Origin: Ascoidea asiatica JCM 7603
Lineage: Eukaryota; Fungi; Ascomycota
Direction of reading: 5' to 3'
NCBI GenBank assembly: GCA_001600695.1
Contig: BCKQ01000001.1
Span: 2,152,615-2,216,614 of the forward strand
Length of the DNA stretch: 64,000 bases
In this document: positions 12,959 to 23,844 of the stretch, piece after piece
Numbering within the stretch: the first letter of the stretch is position 1
Layout of the letters: every line of letters begins with the position of its first letter
Notes under the pieces: generated by a model
Told to the model about the DNA's origin: nothing
The model's database searches: none
The model's input: the letters and a program-made list of their open reading frames with translations, nothing else
Translations under genes and position numbers: made by a program

Positions 12959-15382
12959 TTATTTTTTTGATTTTTTATTTTTCTTATTTTTTTTACTTTT
13001 TTTACTTTTAGTTTTTTGATTTTCATTGAAATTTTGTAAATCAGTGATAGATTTCGGTGAGATACTTAAGTCGTCATCTCTATCTCCATTTTTATTTATT
13101 TTATTGGAGTTATTTGAATTATTGGAATTATTTGATCTTGATGAAGTTATTAAACTTATCTCACTACCTATTTTACTATTATTTCCACCACTTCTTTTAC
13201 CAAATTCAATTCCTTCACTGTCACTCAAATCTTCAATAATTGTTTTATTTATACCTTTAACATTTACAATACTTTCCATAAATCCACTATTATTAAATGA
13301 CATTGCTCCAATTCCATATCCATATCCAACTCCATTTCCATTTCCAATGTCATGGTTATTGTTATTGTTATTGTTATTGTTATTGTTATTATCATATCCA
13401 TTTTTGAATATATTTTCTTTTATATTCTCATTTGAATTTTCATTATTTTCATTACTTATATTTATACCCGGTAAAATTAATGGAGTTCTTTCATTACTTT
13501 CTTTCAAATTGCTATTATTATTACCATTATTATTACCATTATCTCCAAATAATTCTTTAGAATGCGCAACTGCAGCTTCCTCATTTAGATGAATAGTTCC
13601 ATAATTACCATTATTTGGAACATTATTTTTAGAATTAATAATTTCTAATTCTTTTGGTATTGGTAATACCATTTTATTTTCATCAATTTTATTTATAATA
13701 ATATTACTATTGTTTTTACTATTACTAATAGTACTATTATTATTGGTCTTACTATTAACTCTTGATAATGATAAATTATTATTTTTTAATAATTCTTTTT
13801 GATTTTTAATTGAAATAAATTTCTTACTTGTTAAAATTGGATCACTTGCTAAATTACTTGGTTTTAAACCTTTTACAACACTTTTATTTTTATTTTTATT
13901 TCCAATTACACTTAAATGATTATCACTATCTTTACCACTTAAAAGACTGATTTTATTATCATTTTTAACATTAGTATTATTACTATAATTATTATTACTA
14001 ATATTAATATTATCGGTGATTAAGTTAGAATTTTCATTATGATGATCATCATTTTCATCAACAACAGAATCGATTAATCTAAAATCTCCTGAATCAAATG
14101 AATTTCTTGCAGATGTTGTAAATAAAGTATGAAAATATTGTGTTAAATGCCTTCTTGATAATGGACCTGGTTGACTTCTTTTAATTGCTTTATGAATATC
14201 AATAAATACATCACTTTCATCAACAATTTCTTCACCAATCAATTCTTCAATAACATCTTCTAAAGTTAAAACACCCATTGAACCAGTTGGAGAACCGGGA
14301 AATTTACTTACAACAACCATATGAGATTTACCTTCTTGGAAATAATTTAAAATTTTTAAACATGATGTATCAGGTGGTGTTTCTGGTAAAGTTGCTAATG
14401 GAAATGCACTTACAGGTAATTCATCTTCTGGATCATAAGATATTAAAACTCTAACTAATAACATTCCAATAAAATTAGTTTTTTCATTTGGTAAATATAT
14501 TGGAATTCTTGAAAAACCTTTATTAAAAATTTCTTCTACAGCTTTTTGATCTAAAATTTTATCAGCAGAAATCGTATAAACATTTTCAATTGGAGTCATT
14601 ATTGAATCAACGGATTTTTCTTTTAAATCTAAAACTGAAGAAATTATTGTAACTTCATCATCATTTAATCTTTCAACACCCATAGTTCTATGTAAAGTTA
14701 CAAGAGTTTTTAAACCTGCTTTTTTATAAATTACACCATGATCTTCACCTAAAACAGAATCTAATAATAAAGCAGTTGGATAAGATATTGGATATAATAA
14801 ATACATTAAAAATAATACAAAAGGAGTAAATAAAGCACCGATTTGTAAACCATATCTTACACAAACACTTTGTGGAATAACTTCACCAAATATAACAATT
14901 AAGATAGTTGAAGAAACAACAGCAGCTAAACCACCACCTAAACATCTATCTAAAACAACAGGTAAAGTTTCATTAGTTATTACATTTGATAATAATAAAG
15001 TAACTAAAACCCAATGTTTACCTTTTTTAATTAAATTTAAAACTTTTTTAGCATTTTTTCTTTCATCAAATTCACCACTTTCAGAAATTACTTTTAAATA
15101 AACTTCATCTTGACCCATTAAAGCTAAAGTTAAACCTGCAAAAATACCACCTAATAAAACTAAAACTAAAGAAATTATAGCATTTGTATAAAATCTTTCA
15201 GGTACAGTATTTATATTTGAATATTCATTATTATATGTATTATAATCATTATTATTTGATAATTTATTAAAAATTGCAATTGGTAAAGATTGAACTAATT
15301 TTGGAATTAAAGATAGTATTAAAGATAATCTACCAATATTTGAAGATCTAAATGAGGAATTATTCCTGCATTTTATTGTCAT
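12959..15382 (-). CDS. MAM3: CNNM/CorC-family (DUF21 + CBS pair) metal homeostasis membrane protein Mam3
   Basis: [90 protein letters not shown]. Lies next to PRS5 as in S. cerevisiae. Confidence 0.95.
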   Translation of the reverse strand: MTIKCRNNSSFRSSNIGRLSLILSLIPKLVQSLPIAIFNKLSNNNDYNTYNNEYSNINTVPERFYTNAIISLVLVLLGGIFAGLTLALMGQDEVYLKVISESGEFDERKNAKKVLNLIKKGKHWVLVTLLLSNVITNETLPVVLDRCLGGGLAAVVSSTILIVIFGEVIPQSVCVRYGLQIGALFTPFVLFLMYLLYPISYPTALLLDSVLGEDHGVIYKKAGLKTLVTLHRTMGVERLNDDEVTIISSVLDLKEKSVDSIMTPIENVYTISADKILDQKAVEEIFNKGFSRIPIYLPNEKTNFIGMLLVRVLISYDPEDELPVSAFPLATLPETPPDTSCLKILNYFQEGKSHMVVVSKFPGSPTGSMGVLTLEDVIEELIGEEIVDESDVFIDIHKAIKRSQPGPLSRRHLTQYFHTLFTTSARNSFDSGDFRLIDSVVDENDDHHNENSNLITDNINISNNNYSNNTNVKNDNKISLLSGKDSDNHLSVIGNKNKNKSVVKGLKPSNLASDPILTSKKFISIKNQKELLKNNNLSLSRVNSKTNNNSTISNSKNNSNIIINKIDENKMVLPIPKELEIINSKNNVPNNGNYGTIHLNEEAAVAHSKELFGDNGNNNGNNNSNLKESNERTPLILPGINISNENNENSNENIKENIFKNGYDNNNNNNNNNNNNHDIGNGNGVGYGYGIGAMSFNNSGFMESIVNVKGINKTIIEDLSDSEGIEFGKRSGGNNSKIGSEISLITSSRSNNSNNSNNSNKINKNGDRDDDLSISPKSITDLQNFNENQKTKSKKSKKNKKNKKSKK

Positions 15383-16251
15383 ATTTTGGTTCTTATTTAA
15401 TTTTTAATTTTATTTTGTTGATATAATTGTTATTAGTATATTTTTTTTTCACTTAATAATAGGCTAGTGATTTCCGATTCAAAAAAATTAAGAGTTAAAA
15501 GTTTTATTTAAGAGTCGAGAGTTAACAAAAGTAAGACAAAGGAGTAAGGAGTAATTTTTTCAATCAATTTAATCTTTTTGATCTATTCGATATTTTCAAT
15601 CTTTTTCTTCTAATCAATTAAGATATATGAATATTTGAATATATGAATTTATACAAAAAAGAATAGAATTAACTTAAATTGAGCTAAAATTTTCAAAATA
15701 AATTTAGCAATTTGAGAGCGAAATAAAAGCAAGACAAAATGAGCACTAAACACAAAACTTCAAGCGCGAATGAAATATGAATGAGAATTGAAAGCTATAA
15801 GATAGATGAATATAAACTGTAGTCAGATATATGAGATATATGAGATATATTATTTATATGAGATGATTATGAGATATGTTACTCTTAGTCTGATTATTAC
15901 AACAATTCAATAAAATAACAATACCATTACTATATTATATTGCACTTATTTCTACTGTTCCTTATTGTTTTCAATATTTTACCATCAAGTAATGCCAATA
16001 CTAACATTTTTATATTATTCTCGTGCTTGAGCAGTGCGATGCTTTCCTCTGTTTCCAGTCCTGCCGGCTCTGAGCGCGTGGGCCGTGTGGCTTGTAAAAG
16101 GCGTGGCGCATTACATAAACAATCTCATTCACATATACAGTATCAAGTAAAGTAAATTAAAGTAATTGAAATGATTAAAGAAAGAAATATAAAACAATAA
16201 AAAGACAACACTGATAATAATTGAATTGATAAATTACTATACAAATTCAAT

Positions 16252-17754
16252 CTACCAACCATGATCAAAAAGCATACTTACAGATTCACCATTATGAATT
16301 CTTCTAATTGCTTCTGCAAAAATTCTACTCACGTCTAAAACTTCACAAAAGTCAGGTCCAAATTTTTTCCAATTTTCTAATTGTGGTACAGTATTTGTAA
16401 TGATAATTTTATCAATTGAACTTTTTTTAATTCTATTAATTGCATCTCCTGAAAATATACCATGAGTTACAACTGCATAAACGTATTTGGCCCCTTGATC
16501 TTTTAATAATTTTGCAGCTCTAGTAATTGTATATGATGTGTCAACTAAATCATCTAATAAAATACAAACTTTATCTCGAACATCTCCAACTAGCATTGTT
16601 GTAGCAATTAACATTGGCTTATTCTCATTATTATTATTATTGTTTCCATTATATATGTCGGGCAGATAAATAGACGTACTTGTAGGTGGTAAAATTCTTG
16701 GGGAATTAGATATACCATTAACTGTACCATTATTTATACAGCTATTGGTACCATTAGTACCACTTGTAGAATTCGTACTATTATTATTGTTATTGTTCTG
16801 ATTATTATTACCATTATTACTATTATTTTGATTATTAATTGGTGCATTAATAACTGTTCTTCTTTCTTTATGAATTAAAGCAAAATTCATACCTAAATTA
16901 TCTGCAATTGCTGTTGTTCTTTTTGCTCCACCTGCATCTGGTGAAACAATAACACAATTTGTATAATTTGGTATATTTCCAATAATATATTGACTTAATA
17001 ATGGTCTTGAATATAAATTATCAACTGGTATATCAAAAAATCCTTGAAATTGAGGATCATGTAAATCCATTGTAATTATATGATCCGCACCTGAAACTGT
17101 TAATAAATCAGCAATCAATGTACCTGCTTGTGCAACCCATTCTTTGTATCCAGAATTATTATCTTTATATGATAAATCTGATGAAAAAATTGATGATGAA
17201 GTATTGAAAGTTCCATTACCATTTCCATTTAAATTTGAGGTTTTAAAATTATTATAATTTAATAATGCTGGTGATCCTAAATTAAATACAGGTGGTGATG
17301 GTAATTCATTATTTGAAAATTTATTTAATTTCTCAATTGAATTTTCTCTATTCATAAATGATCCTAATCCAAAATTTCTTGGCCTTGGAGTTCCTGGTAC
17401 ACTTTCAAAAGTATATTCTGATTTTGGTTTGGATGTTAATGGTGCTCCACTTTTAGTATATGGTACATCTGGTTGTCTAGAATATGGAAATAAAGGTAAG
17501 ACTGCTGTTACTCTTTTTGCTGAAGCTGTTTTACATGCATTTATTAAAATTAAAAGCTCCATGATATTATCATTTACTTTTCCACTTGATGATTGTACAA
17601 TATAAACATCTTTTTCTCTAACTGAATCATTAATTGTTACTGAAGTTTCTCCATTTTTAAATTTCTTAAGTTCACAACTTCCTTCTTTTAAAGATAAATT
17701 CGAACATATTTTGCCCACCATCTCTGATGATCCAAACACTATTAAATCCCTCAT
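16252..17754 (-). CDS. PRS5: Ribose-phosphate pyrophosphokinase with two non-homologous insertions (Prs5 type)
   Basis: FKNGETSV, AVLPLFPYSRQPD, ITMDLHDPQFQGFFDIPVDNLY, VSPDAGGAKR, LDDLVDTSYT, AEAIRRIHNGESVSMLF; two insertions as in Prs5. Confidence 0.93.
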   Translation of the reverse strand: MRDLIVFGSSEMVGKICSNLSLKEGSCELKKFKNGETSVTINDSVREKDVYIVQSSSGKVNDNIMELLILINACKTASAKRVTAVLPLFPYSRQPDVPYTKSGAPLTSKPKSEYTFESVPGTPRPRNFGLGSFMNRENSIEKLNKFSNNELPSPPVFNLGSPALLNYNNFKTSNLNGNGNGTFNTSSSIFSSDLSYKDNNSGYKEWVAQAGTLIADLLTVSGADHIITMDLHDPQFQGFFDIPVDNLYSRPLLSQYIIGNIPNYTNCVIVSPDAGGAKRTTAIADNLGMNFALIHKERRTVINAPINNQNNSNNGNNNQNNNNNNSTNSTSGTNGTNSCINNGTVNGISNSPRILPPTSTSIYLPDIYNGNNNNNNENKPMLIATTMLVGDVRDKVCILLDDLVDTSYTITRAAKLLKDQGAKYVYAVVTHGIFSGDAINRIKKSSIDKIIITNTVPQLENWKKFGPDFCEVLDVSRIFAEAIRRIHNGESVSMLFDHGW

Positions 17755-18299
17755 CCTTAACTTATATCTCGTATCTCTTTTTCTCTATATTTTCCCTAAA
17801 GTATAGTTTTTATCTTTATTTCATTAACTGTTCTTGATTATTTTCTTATCTAGCTTCTTTTTGGTTACTCATCAAATTTCAGATAAAAAAAATGTTAAAT
17901 TCTAAAAAGAAAAAAAAAATTACGAAGTTACCCTGCCGTGGCCGACTAAACGATAAAAACCGATAACGCTAAAAAATATAAAATATTCAACAACGTTATT
18001 TTATTCTAAGTAATCTGATTGAATAATCGATTTATAACTTATGATAAATAAATAAAAAACTATTACCATTTCAATTTACATAAAACATAAAAGTATAAAG
18101 CACAAATCATAAATTTTTATTACAAAAATGAATTTTAACTATAAATATAATATATAAACTAACTACAGCTCCGATACTGTAGTTAAATGAAAACAAAATC
18201 AAAATCAAAAGAAAGTAAAAAAAAAAAAAATGATTTAAAAAAAAAATGAGTCAAAAAAAAAAGGATAAACTATAACCAATTAAAACATATTTCTTATAA

Positions 18300-19388
18300 T
18301 TACCATTCAATATCCATAGAACCAAATGGTCGACTAATTAATAATTCATTTACAATAGCATCCACATTTCTAATATATTGTCTTAAAATTCCAGCCTTTT
18401 CTTCTGTTGTTCTTCTTATAAATCCATCTTTATATAAAATTTTTGATTGATTTAAAATAAAACTTTCATTTAAATTCATCTCAAATGATTTTTCAATATT
18501 TATTGAAGTTTCTGGAATTAAATAAAAAAATAAAAATTCTAAAATTTTAACTTTAATTTCTTTATTTGTTGTCTTTTTTATAAATAAATTACAAATTAAT
18601 TTTATACCACCAAATTTTTCAAAATTTCTTAAATTTGGTACATTTTTAACTAATGTACAAACTAATGTTTGAATTGAAGTTATTATCACTGAAGGTTGAT
18701 AAATTTTATTACTTAAATAAAGTAATAATAATTTCATATTACATTCTCTATTAAATAATTTTCTTGAATCTGGATGTAATAATAAAACACCTTGTAAAAC
18801 TCTATGTGCTAAGATTATAAATTCTTGTGGATAATCATTGAAATTTATTGATGAATTCATTCTATTTAAACATGATATTATTGCATTTGCAATATTATAT
18901 TCAAAATTTTCTTGAAGTTTTATAAATTCTCCAAATACAGAATCTGTTGATGTAGGAACTTTCCATAGTCCAATATCTGATATAGTTGTATTTGAACTTA
19001 AACTAGAAGTTGAATTTGAATTTGAATTTAATTTACTATTATAATTTTTATTTCTTGTTGATTTAATTCCTCTCATTGAAGATTTTGTCAATGGTTTCAG
19101 AGTTCTATTTGAATAATCATTTGTATAGTCATTCGAATAATCATTTGAGTAATCATTATTGGTTGATGAATGATTCATAGTTCCATTTGAAACATTAGTA
19201 TTACTACTATTCATACTCATATTAATATTTGATGATAATTTTGATGAATTTGCAGAAGATTTCTCAACACACATTTGTCCTAATAATGCATCTAATCTTT
19301 GTAATCCATCATGAATTGAAGATGCTTCAGAAGAATATAATCTATCCATAGCATCATTAAGATATTCTTTTAAGTTATAATTTGACAT
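18300..19388 (-). CDS. Septation initiation network Cdc14-type protein (S. pombe Cdc14/Sid1 cofactor family; not the Cdc14 phosphatase)
   Basis: EFIKLQENFEYNIA, LQGVLLLHPDSRKLFNRECNM, NLRNFEKFGG, KILEFLFFYLIPE, RTTEEK...NVDAIV...PFG match the recalled fungal SIN Cdc14 pattern. No HCX5R phosphatase motif. Confidence 0.85.
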   Translation of the reverse strand: MSNYNLKEYLNDAMDRLYSSEASSIHDGLQRLDALLGQMCVEKSSANSSKLSSNINMSMNSSNTNVSNGTMNHSSTNNDYSNDYSNDYTNDYSNRTLKPLTKSSMRGIKSTRNKNYNSKLNSNSNSTSSLSSNTTISDIGLWKVPTSTDSVFGEFIKLQENFEYNIANAIISCLNRMNSSINFNDYPQEFIILAHRVLQGVLLLHPDSRKLFNRECNMKLLLLYLSNKIYQPSVIITSIQTLVCTLVKNVPNLRNFEKFGGIKLICNLFIKKTTNKEIKVKILEFLFFYLIPETSINIEKSFEMNLNESFILNQSKILYKDGFIRRTTEEKAGILRQYIRNVDAIVNELLISRPFGSMDIEW

Positions 19389-20473
19389 TTTGATTTTGAT
19401 ATAATTTGATTTTATTTGATTCTAGATATTTAATGTACCAAATAAGGAAAATAAAAAGATATAATTTAAAGCACACCCGACAAAAAGTAAAATAAATAAA
19501 AAGTGATCCCAAAAAGATAATATAAATAAACTAAAGAAAATAAAAAGTAAAAGAAAAGAAGTATGATTTATTTTTTAAAATTTGAATTGAAAAGAAATGA
19601 ATTGAAAAAGTACAAAATGTACAACTAATAAACAGTGATAATTGTTTTTTTTATAGATTACAATAAATAATGCTGAATATGAATTCTAGATAAAAGATAA
19701 TAATTTGATAAAAAATAATCAAATGCTTATTTTCTTGATTATTAATTGATTATTGAATAAATGATAGTAATATTAGTAGTAATAATTGTTATGATTGTGA
19801 TATATGAGAGTAACTGAAAAAGAAATGATGATTTAAAATAAATATTTGTATAAACAAATAATTATCGTTGGTTAAAAGAGATTAAAAGATTTGAAATAAA
19901 AGGTCAATTTGCTTTTTTTATATATATTTGAAACTTCAATTGGTCTAACGATTAGTCCAGCAAAAATTAAAATGAATATTCTTTTTAATTTAATTGAAAA
20001 ATACAAGACAAGGATGATCTTTTTACAACTCCTGAAACTTTTGTTTTCTTAGTAAAAGTTAGCTATATTATATATAAAACTGACTCTTCGCCTAAGTAGT
20101 AACAGTACTAGAAAAAAAACTTCTTTGAAAGTAGGATTAACTTTTAATTTTATATTTAAAACTCTTGCAAGAACACTCAATAGTACTTTTTAGGTTATAA
20201 TTATTTTCAATTATAAAGGCTAGCTGATATATAATTATTTAATATTATTTTATCACAGAACTAACTTTACAACTCTCCACAGGATACGCCATCGAAGAGA
20301 ACAATTTTGTTCTCATTCTCTGCCTGATTTGAATAAAATATATTTATTTAGGTTAAAGGCAGTGATGAAAAGTGATTCCAGTCACTTTTTTGTCGATGTT
20401 TGAAGAAATTTTCAAGAACTTTTATCAAAATTTTGCTTTTCAAATCCAAATTGAGTTCGCTAAAGCAAGGGGC

Positions 20474-20509
20474 TATTTACGTTTTACCGCTTTAGGGAAA
20501 ATGTAAACA
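20474..20509. promoter_or_regulatory. Symmetric Forkhead-Mcm1-Forkhead composite element
   Basis: TATTTAC (reverse GTAAATA)-N6-CC GCTTTA GG-N6-GTAAACA, about 1.1 kb upstream of the SIN CDC14 ATG. Confidence 0.65.
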
Positions 20510-21365
20510 CGCTAAACGAAGTGAAAAAAAAAAAATTTATTTGTATTCAATAGAATTCAATTGAATTTGATAAATTACTACTAGAAAATATTGGGAAATA
20601 TAATAAATTTCATTGAAATGCTAAGAATAAATAATATTTACTAGAAAATTCTTGAATTTGAAATAATATTTTAATTTTTTAACTCTGGTCAATGTAATAC
20701 TATTCAAAAACAAATTCATATTCGGTTTCAAACAGTTTCGTCAGTCTTATTTATACTATTTTATTCTCTTTGATTCCAATAAACTCTCATTTATTCTTTA
20801 TGAAGTAGATGAGGAGTGTATTTTTCAGTGATGAAAAGTTGTCACATAATCAATCTTATAATAATCTCTGACATATTATTTTCATTGCCTTTTATAAAAA
20901 CGCCTTGATAAATTAAAATAATAATGAGAATAATATTATAATGAAATAAAATAATAATATTAAATATGAAAAACCGATTTAGTTTGGCAGCTAGAAATGA
21001 GGGTAGTTTTTAAAAGCAAAGCGAAAAAAAATCTGGTTTCAGCTTATCAAAAAGACAAAAAAAAAAAAAAGATTAAAAAATGGCAATCAGGTCCCAACTT
21101 TCAGCTTTGGAAAATTAAACCATCTTTAATTGAAACAATTCATTGAAATGAATCAATAAAGTAACACAAGGAAAAGTACTGAATCCTAAAATATGACAGT
21201 TTCAAAATTGATAAAAGTGGAATAGAAATAACCAATTTCATGGAAATTCCAAAACGCCTTGAAAGTAACTAACTAATATAAAAAGTAAATAAGATTTTTG
21301 ATATTTTATATCAAATTTCAAGATTTACAAGAACAAACAAATTGAGAATTGAAGTCTGATAATTA

Positions 21366-22994
21366 TTATTTTTCATTAGTATCTGACATTAAATAATGAT
21401 TGACACTAAGTAAAGTAGATCTACTTGGATTAACTTTTGGAATAATTTCTAAAATTTTAGCCATATAATTTCTAATTATATCTTTAGTTGGTTTTCTAGA
21501 GTCTTTCAATGAATTATTCGAAAGATCAGATAATTTAAGATCAATTATATTGAAAAATTGAAATAGAATAATCAAAAGAAAACCAATTGATAAATCTAAT
21601 TCATTTTCTTCTAGTATTAATAAACTTTCATAAGTAAAATTATTATTACTTGAATTGAAGAAATTATTAATAATTAAAGGAAAAAAAAATCTTAGATTTT
21701 TTGAATCTTTTTTATTATTTGAAGATAAAGGTAATGATAAAACATTTATATTTAGTTTATTATTTGTAATCAATAAATAATTAATTTTTTTAAAATTTTT
21801 TGAGTTGGAGTTTGAATTCAATTGAATTTTGAACTCAAATTTCTCAAATTTCATATCATTCATTAGATAACTTTCATTTGAGTCTTTTAAGAAATTAATA
21901 TAATTTGAATTACCAAAAATTATTATAAGTTTTTTTTGAAGATTTGGAATATTTGAAAATTGATTGAATAACTTTGAAATGAGATTATTTTTTTGAATTG
22001 AATTAAGTAAATTTGAATGATTAAAAGAACCAATTTTTATATATGAATTGATGTGAAATAAATTAAGTAAACTGAGATTATTAACATCATTAGTTTTCAG
22101 GTCAATAGAATTAATCGACTTAGTGGAATTAGTGAAATCTTGTTGGCTATTATAATTATTATCATTATCACAAAGTTTATTAATCAAAATATTCAAATCA
22201 TTATCGGATAAATTAGGATCAATTAAAGAATTTATATTATTCCAAAATATTAATGGATTAAAATTTTGATTTGGAGTCCAAGATTCTTGATCATCAGCTG
22301 CACCGGGAATATAATCATTTGAATTTAATAAATTAATATTACTTGGATTCAAGAGAAAAATTGGATAATAATCTTGATTATTTAAATGATTCTTTAAAAT
22401 TGGATCAAATGATGACTTTAAATCATTTGAGATATAAATTAATTTTAAAGGTTTACCTAAATTTAATAATAAATAATTTTGATTAATAATATTTAAATTT
22501 AATAAATTTTTAATAAATTGATTTAAATTATTTATAATTTTATTTTTTTCAGAAATTGAAATTAAATTAAATTCATTATCTAAATTAAAATCTGGAAACA
22601 TAATTAAATTTAAAACATTAATCCAAATTGGAATTGTTTTTGTAAAAGAATCTGGGAATTTTTTTTTTTTTGAAGAATCAATAATTATTAAACCATTTTT
22701 AATATTTAAAATTTTTATTAAATGAAAATTTAGTCTTCTTAATGAAAAATTATATTGATCTTTATGACCATCAGTTGATTTAAAATAAGACTCTTCAAAT
22801 AATAAAAATTTTTGTATATACCAAACACCACATCTTTTATTACCAATAATTGGTAAATTTATAAAATTACTGAAATCTTTTATGAATAAAGAATCTTTGT
22901 AAATTGAATTTAATCTCACTCTTAAAGATAATTTTTTCTCATTTTGTTTATTATCATTATCAATACTACTATTTTTTGTGAATTCACTCATCAT
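21366..22994 (-). CDS. RIT1: Initiator tRNA A64 2'-O-ribosylphosphate transferase
   Basis: NKRCGVWYI, YFKSTDGH..QYNFSLRRLN, PDSFTKTIPIW..VLN, YIPGAADDQESW, VNPSRSTLLSVNHYLM. Confidence 0.92.
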   Translation of the reverse strand: MMSEFTKNSSIDNDNKQNEKKLSLRVRLNSIYKDSLFIKDFSNFINLPIIGNKRCGVWYIQKFLLFEESYFKSTDGHKDQYNFSLRRLNFHLIKILNIKNGLIIIDSSKKKKFPDSFTKTIPIWINVLNLIMFPDFNLDNEFNLISISEKNKIINNLNQFIKNLLNLNIINQNYLLLNLGKPLKLIYISNDLKSSFDPILKNHLNNQDYYPIFLLNPSNINLLNSNDYIPGAADDQESWTPNQNFNPLIFWNNINSLIDPNLSDNDLNILINKLCDNDNNYNSQQDFTNSTKSINSIDLKTNDVNNLSLLNLFHINSYIKIGSFNHSNLLNSIQKNNLISKLFNQFSNIPNLQKKLIIIFGNSNYINFLKDSNESYLMNDMKFEKFEFKIQLNSNSNSKNFKKINYLLITNNKLNINVLSLPLSSNNKKDSKNLRFFFPLIINNFFNSSNNNFTYESLLILEENELDLSIGFLLIILFQFFNIIDLKLSDLSNNSLKDSRKPTKDIIRNYMAKILEIIPKVNPSRSTLLSVNHYLMSDTNEK

Positions 22995-23270
22995 AGAATA
23001 TGTTTCTCATAATTTCGAAACTCATTCAGTTCATTCTTATTATTCATTCATACTTTTTATTGTTTTTCGAGTTAAAATAGTGAAAATTATGAAAATAAAG
23101 ATTTAAAGTTTCAAAATTACCCGATTGATCAATAAAAAAAACAAAAAAAAGGAATATAATCAAAATTAAAAGCGCCACAAAACTGGATTCAAAGTTTATC
23201 ACGTGTAGAAATGTGTCATGTGATATTTTTGAAAAAAAAGATCAAAATGGTGGCTTGATAAAATAGCCAC

Positions 23271-23722
23271 AATATGGCGTAATTATTTATCCCAATCTTC
23301 TTCGGAAGCTTTGAGCATTAGATCCTGCAATTATTGATGCTTTTACACAGCTCAGTTTTAGTTGAATTTAATAGCAGTGAATGATTATTCAGTTCATCAT
23401 TAGCGCAAACATCAAGAGCAGAACAATGTTATTCATCTGATATTGCCATATTCTAAGAGAATATAATCATAATTATCATATAATCACAGAAGCATATTTC
23501 TTCATGAGATGGAGGTGAGGAAAATAGTTCGATAACAAAAGCTGAAGAGGCAATTGGTGCTTTATATACGAATAAATGCTCCAGGCTGGAGTCCATTGAA
23601 ATCTGAGCAGGAACCCCTGCTAGTAGGACAGATCACCCTCGGAAAACAGGAGTCCAGTGAGGAACTCACTTTCCTGTCGGGATCTTGTTCCATTGGATGG
23701 CGTTTGTGTAACTCCTCTCAAC
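23271..23722 (+). ncRNA. Candidate structured non-coding RNA domain, class unknown
   Basis: AATATGGC 23271-78/GCCATATT 23445-52; CTTC-TTCG-GAAG 23297-308; AGCAGG/CCTGCT 23606-21; AGTGAG/CTCACT nested in ACAGGA/TCCTGT nested in AGATC/GATCT; no ORF. Folded by eye. Confidence 0.4.
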
Positions 23723-23844
23723 TTATCTAATTAGATACTTATTTAAGTAGATAATAATCAGATAAATATGTAATATTCAAGACAAATAAAACTACTTCAC
23801 TTCTTTCAATTTGTCTATGATGAGTAATAGCTTTTTATTTAATG

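Noticed and set aside
20360-20871. CAGTGATGAAAAGT repeated (20360-73, 20826-39) as C/D snoRNA box C
   Set aside because: The first has no nearby CTGA; the second gives only about 44 nt to CTGA (20868-71) with no recognisable rRNA guide. The 14-mer repeat is unexplained but weak.
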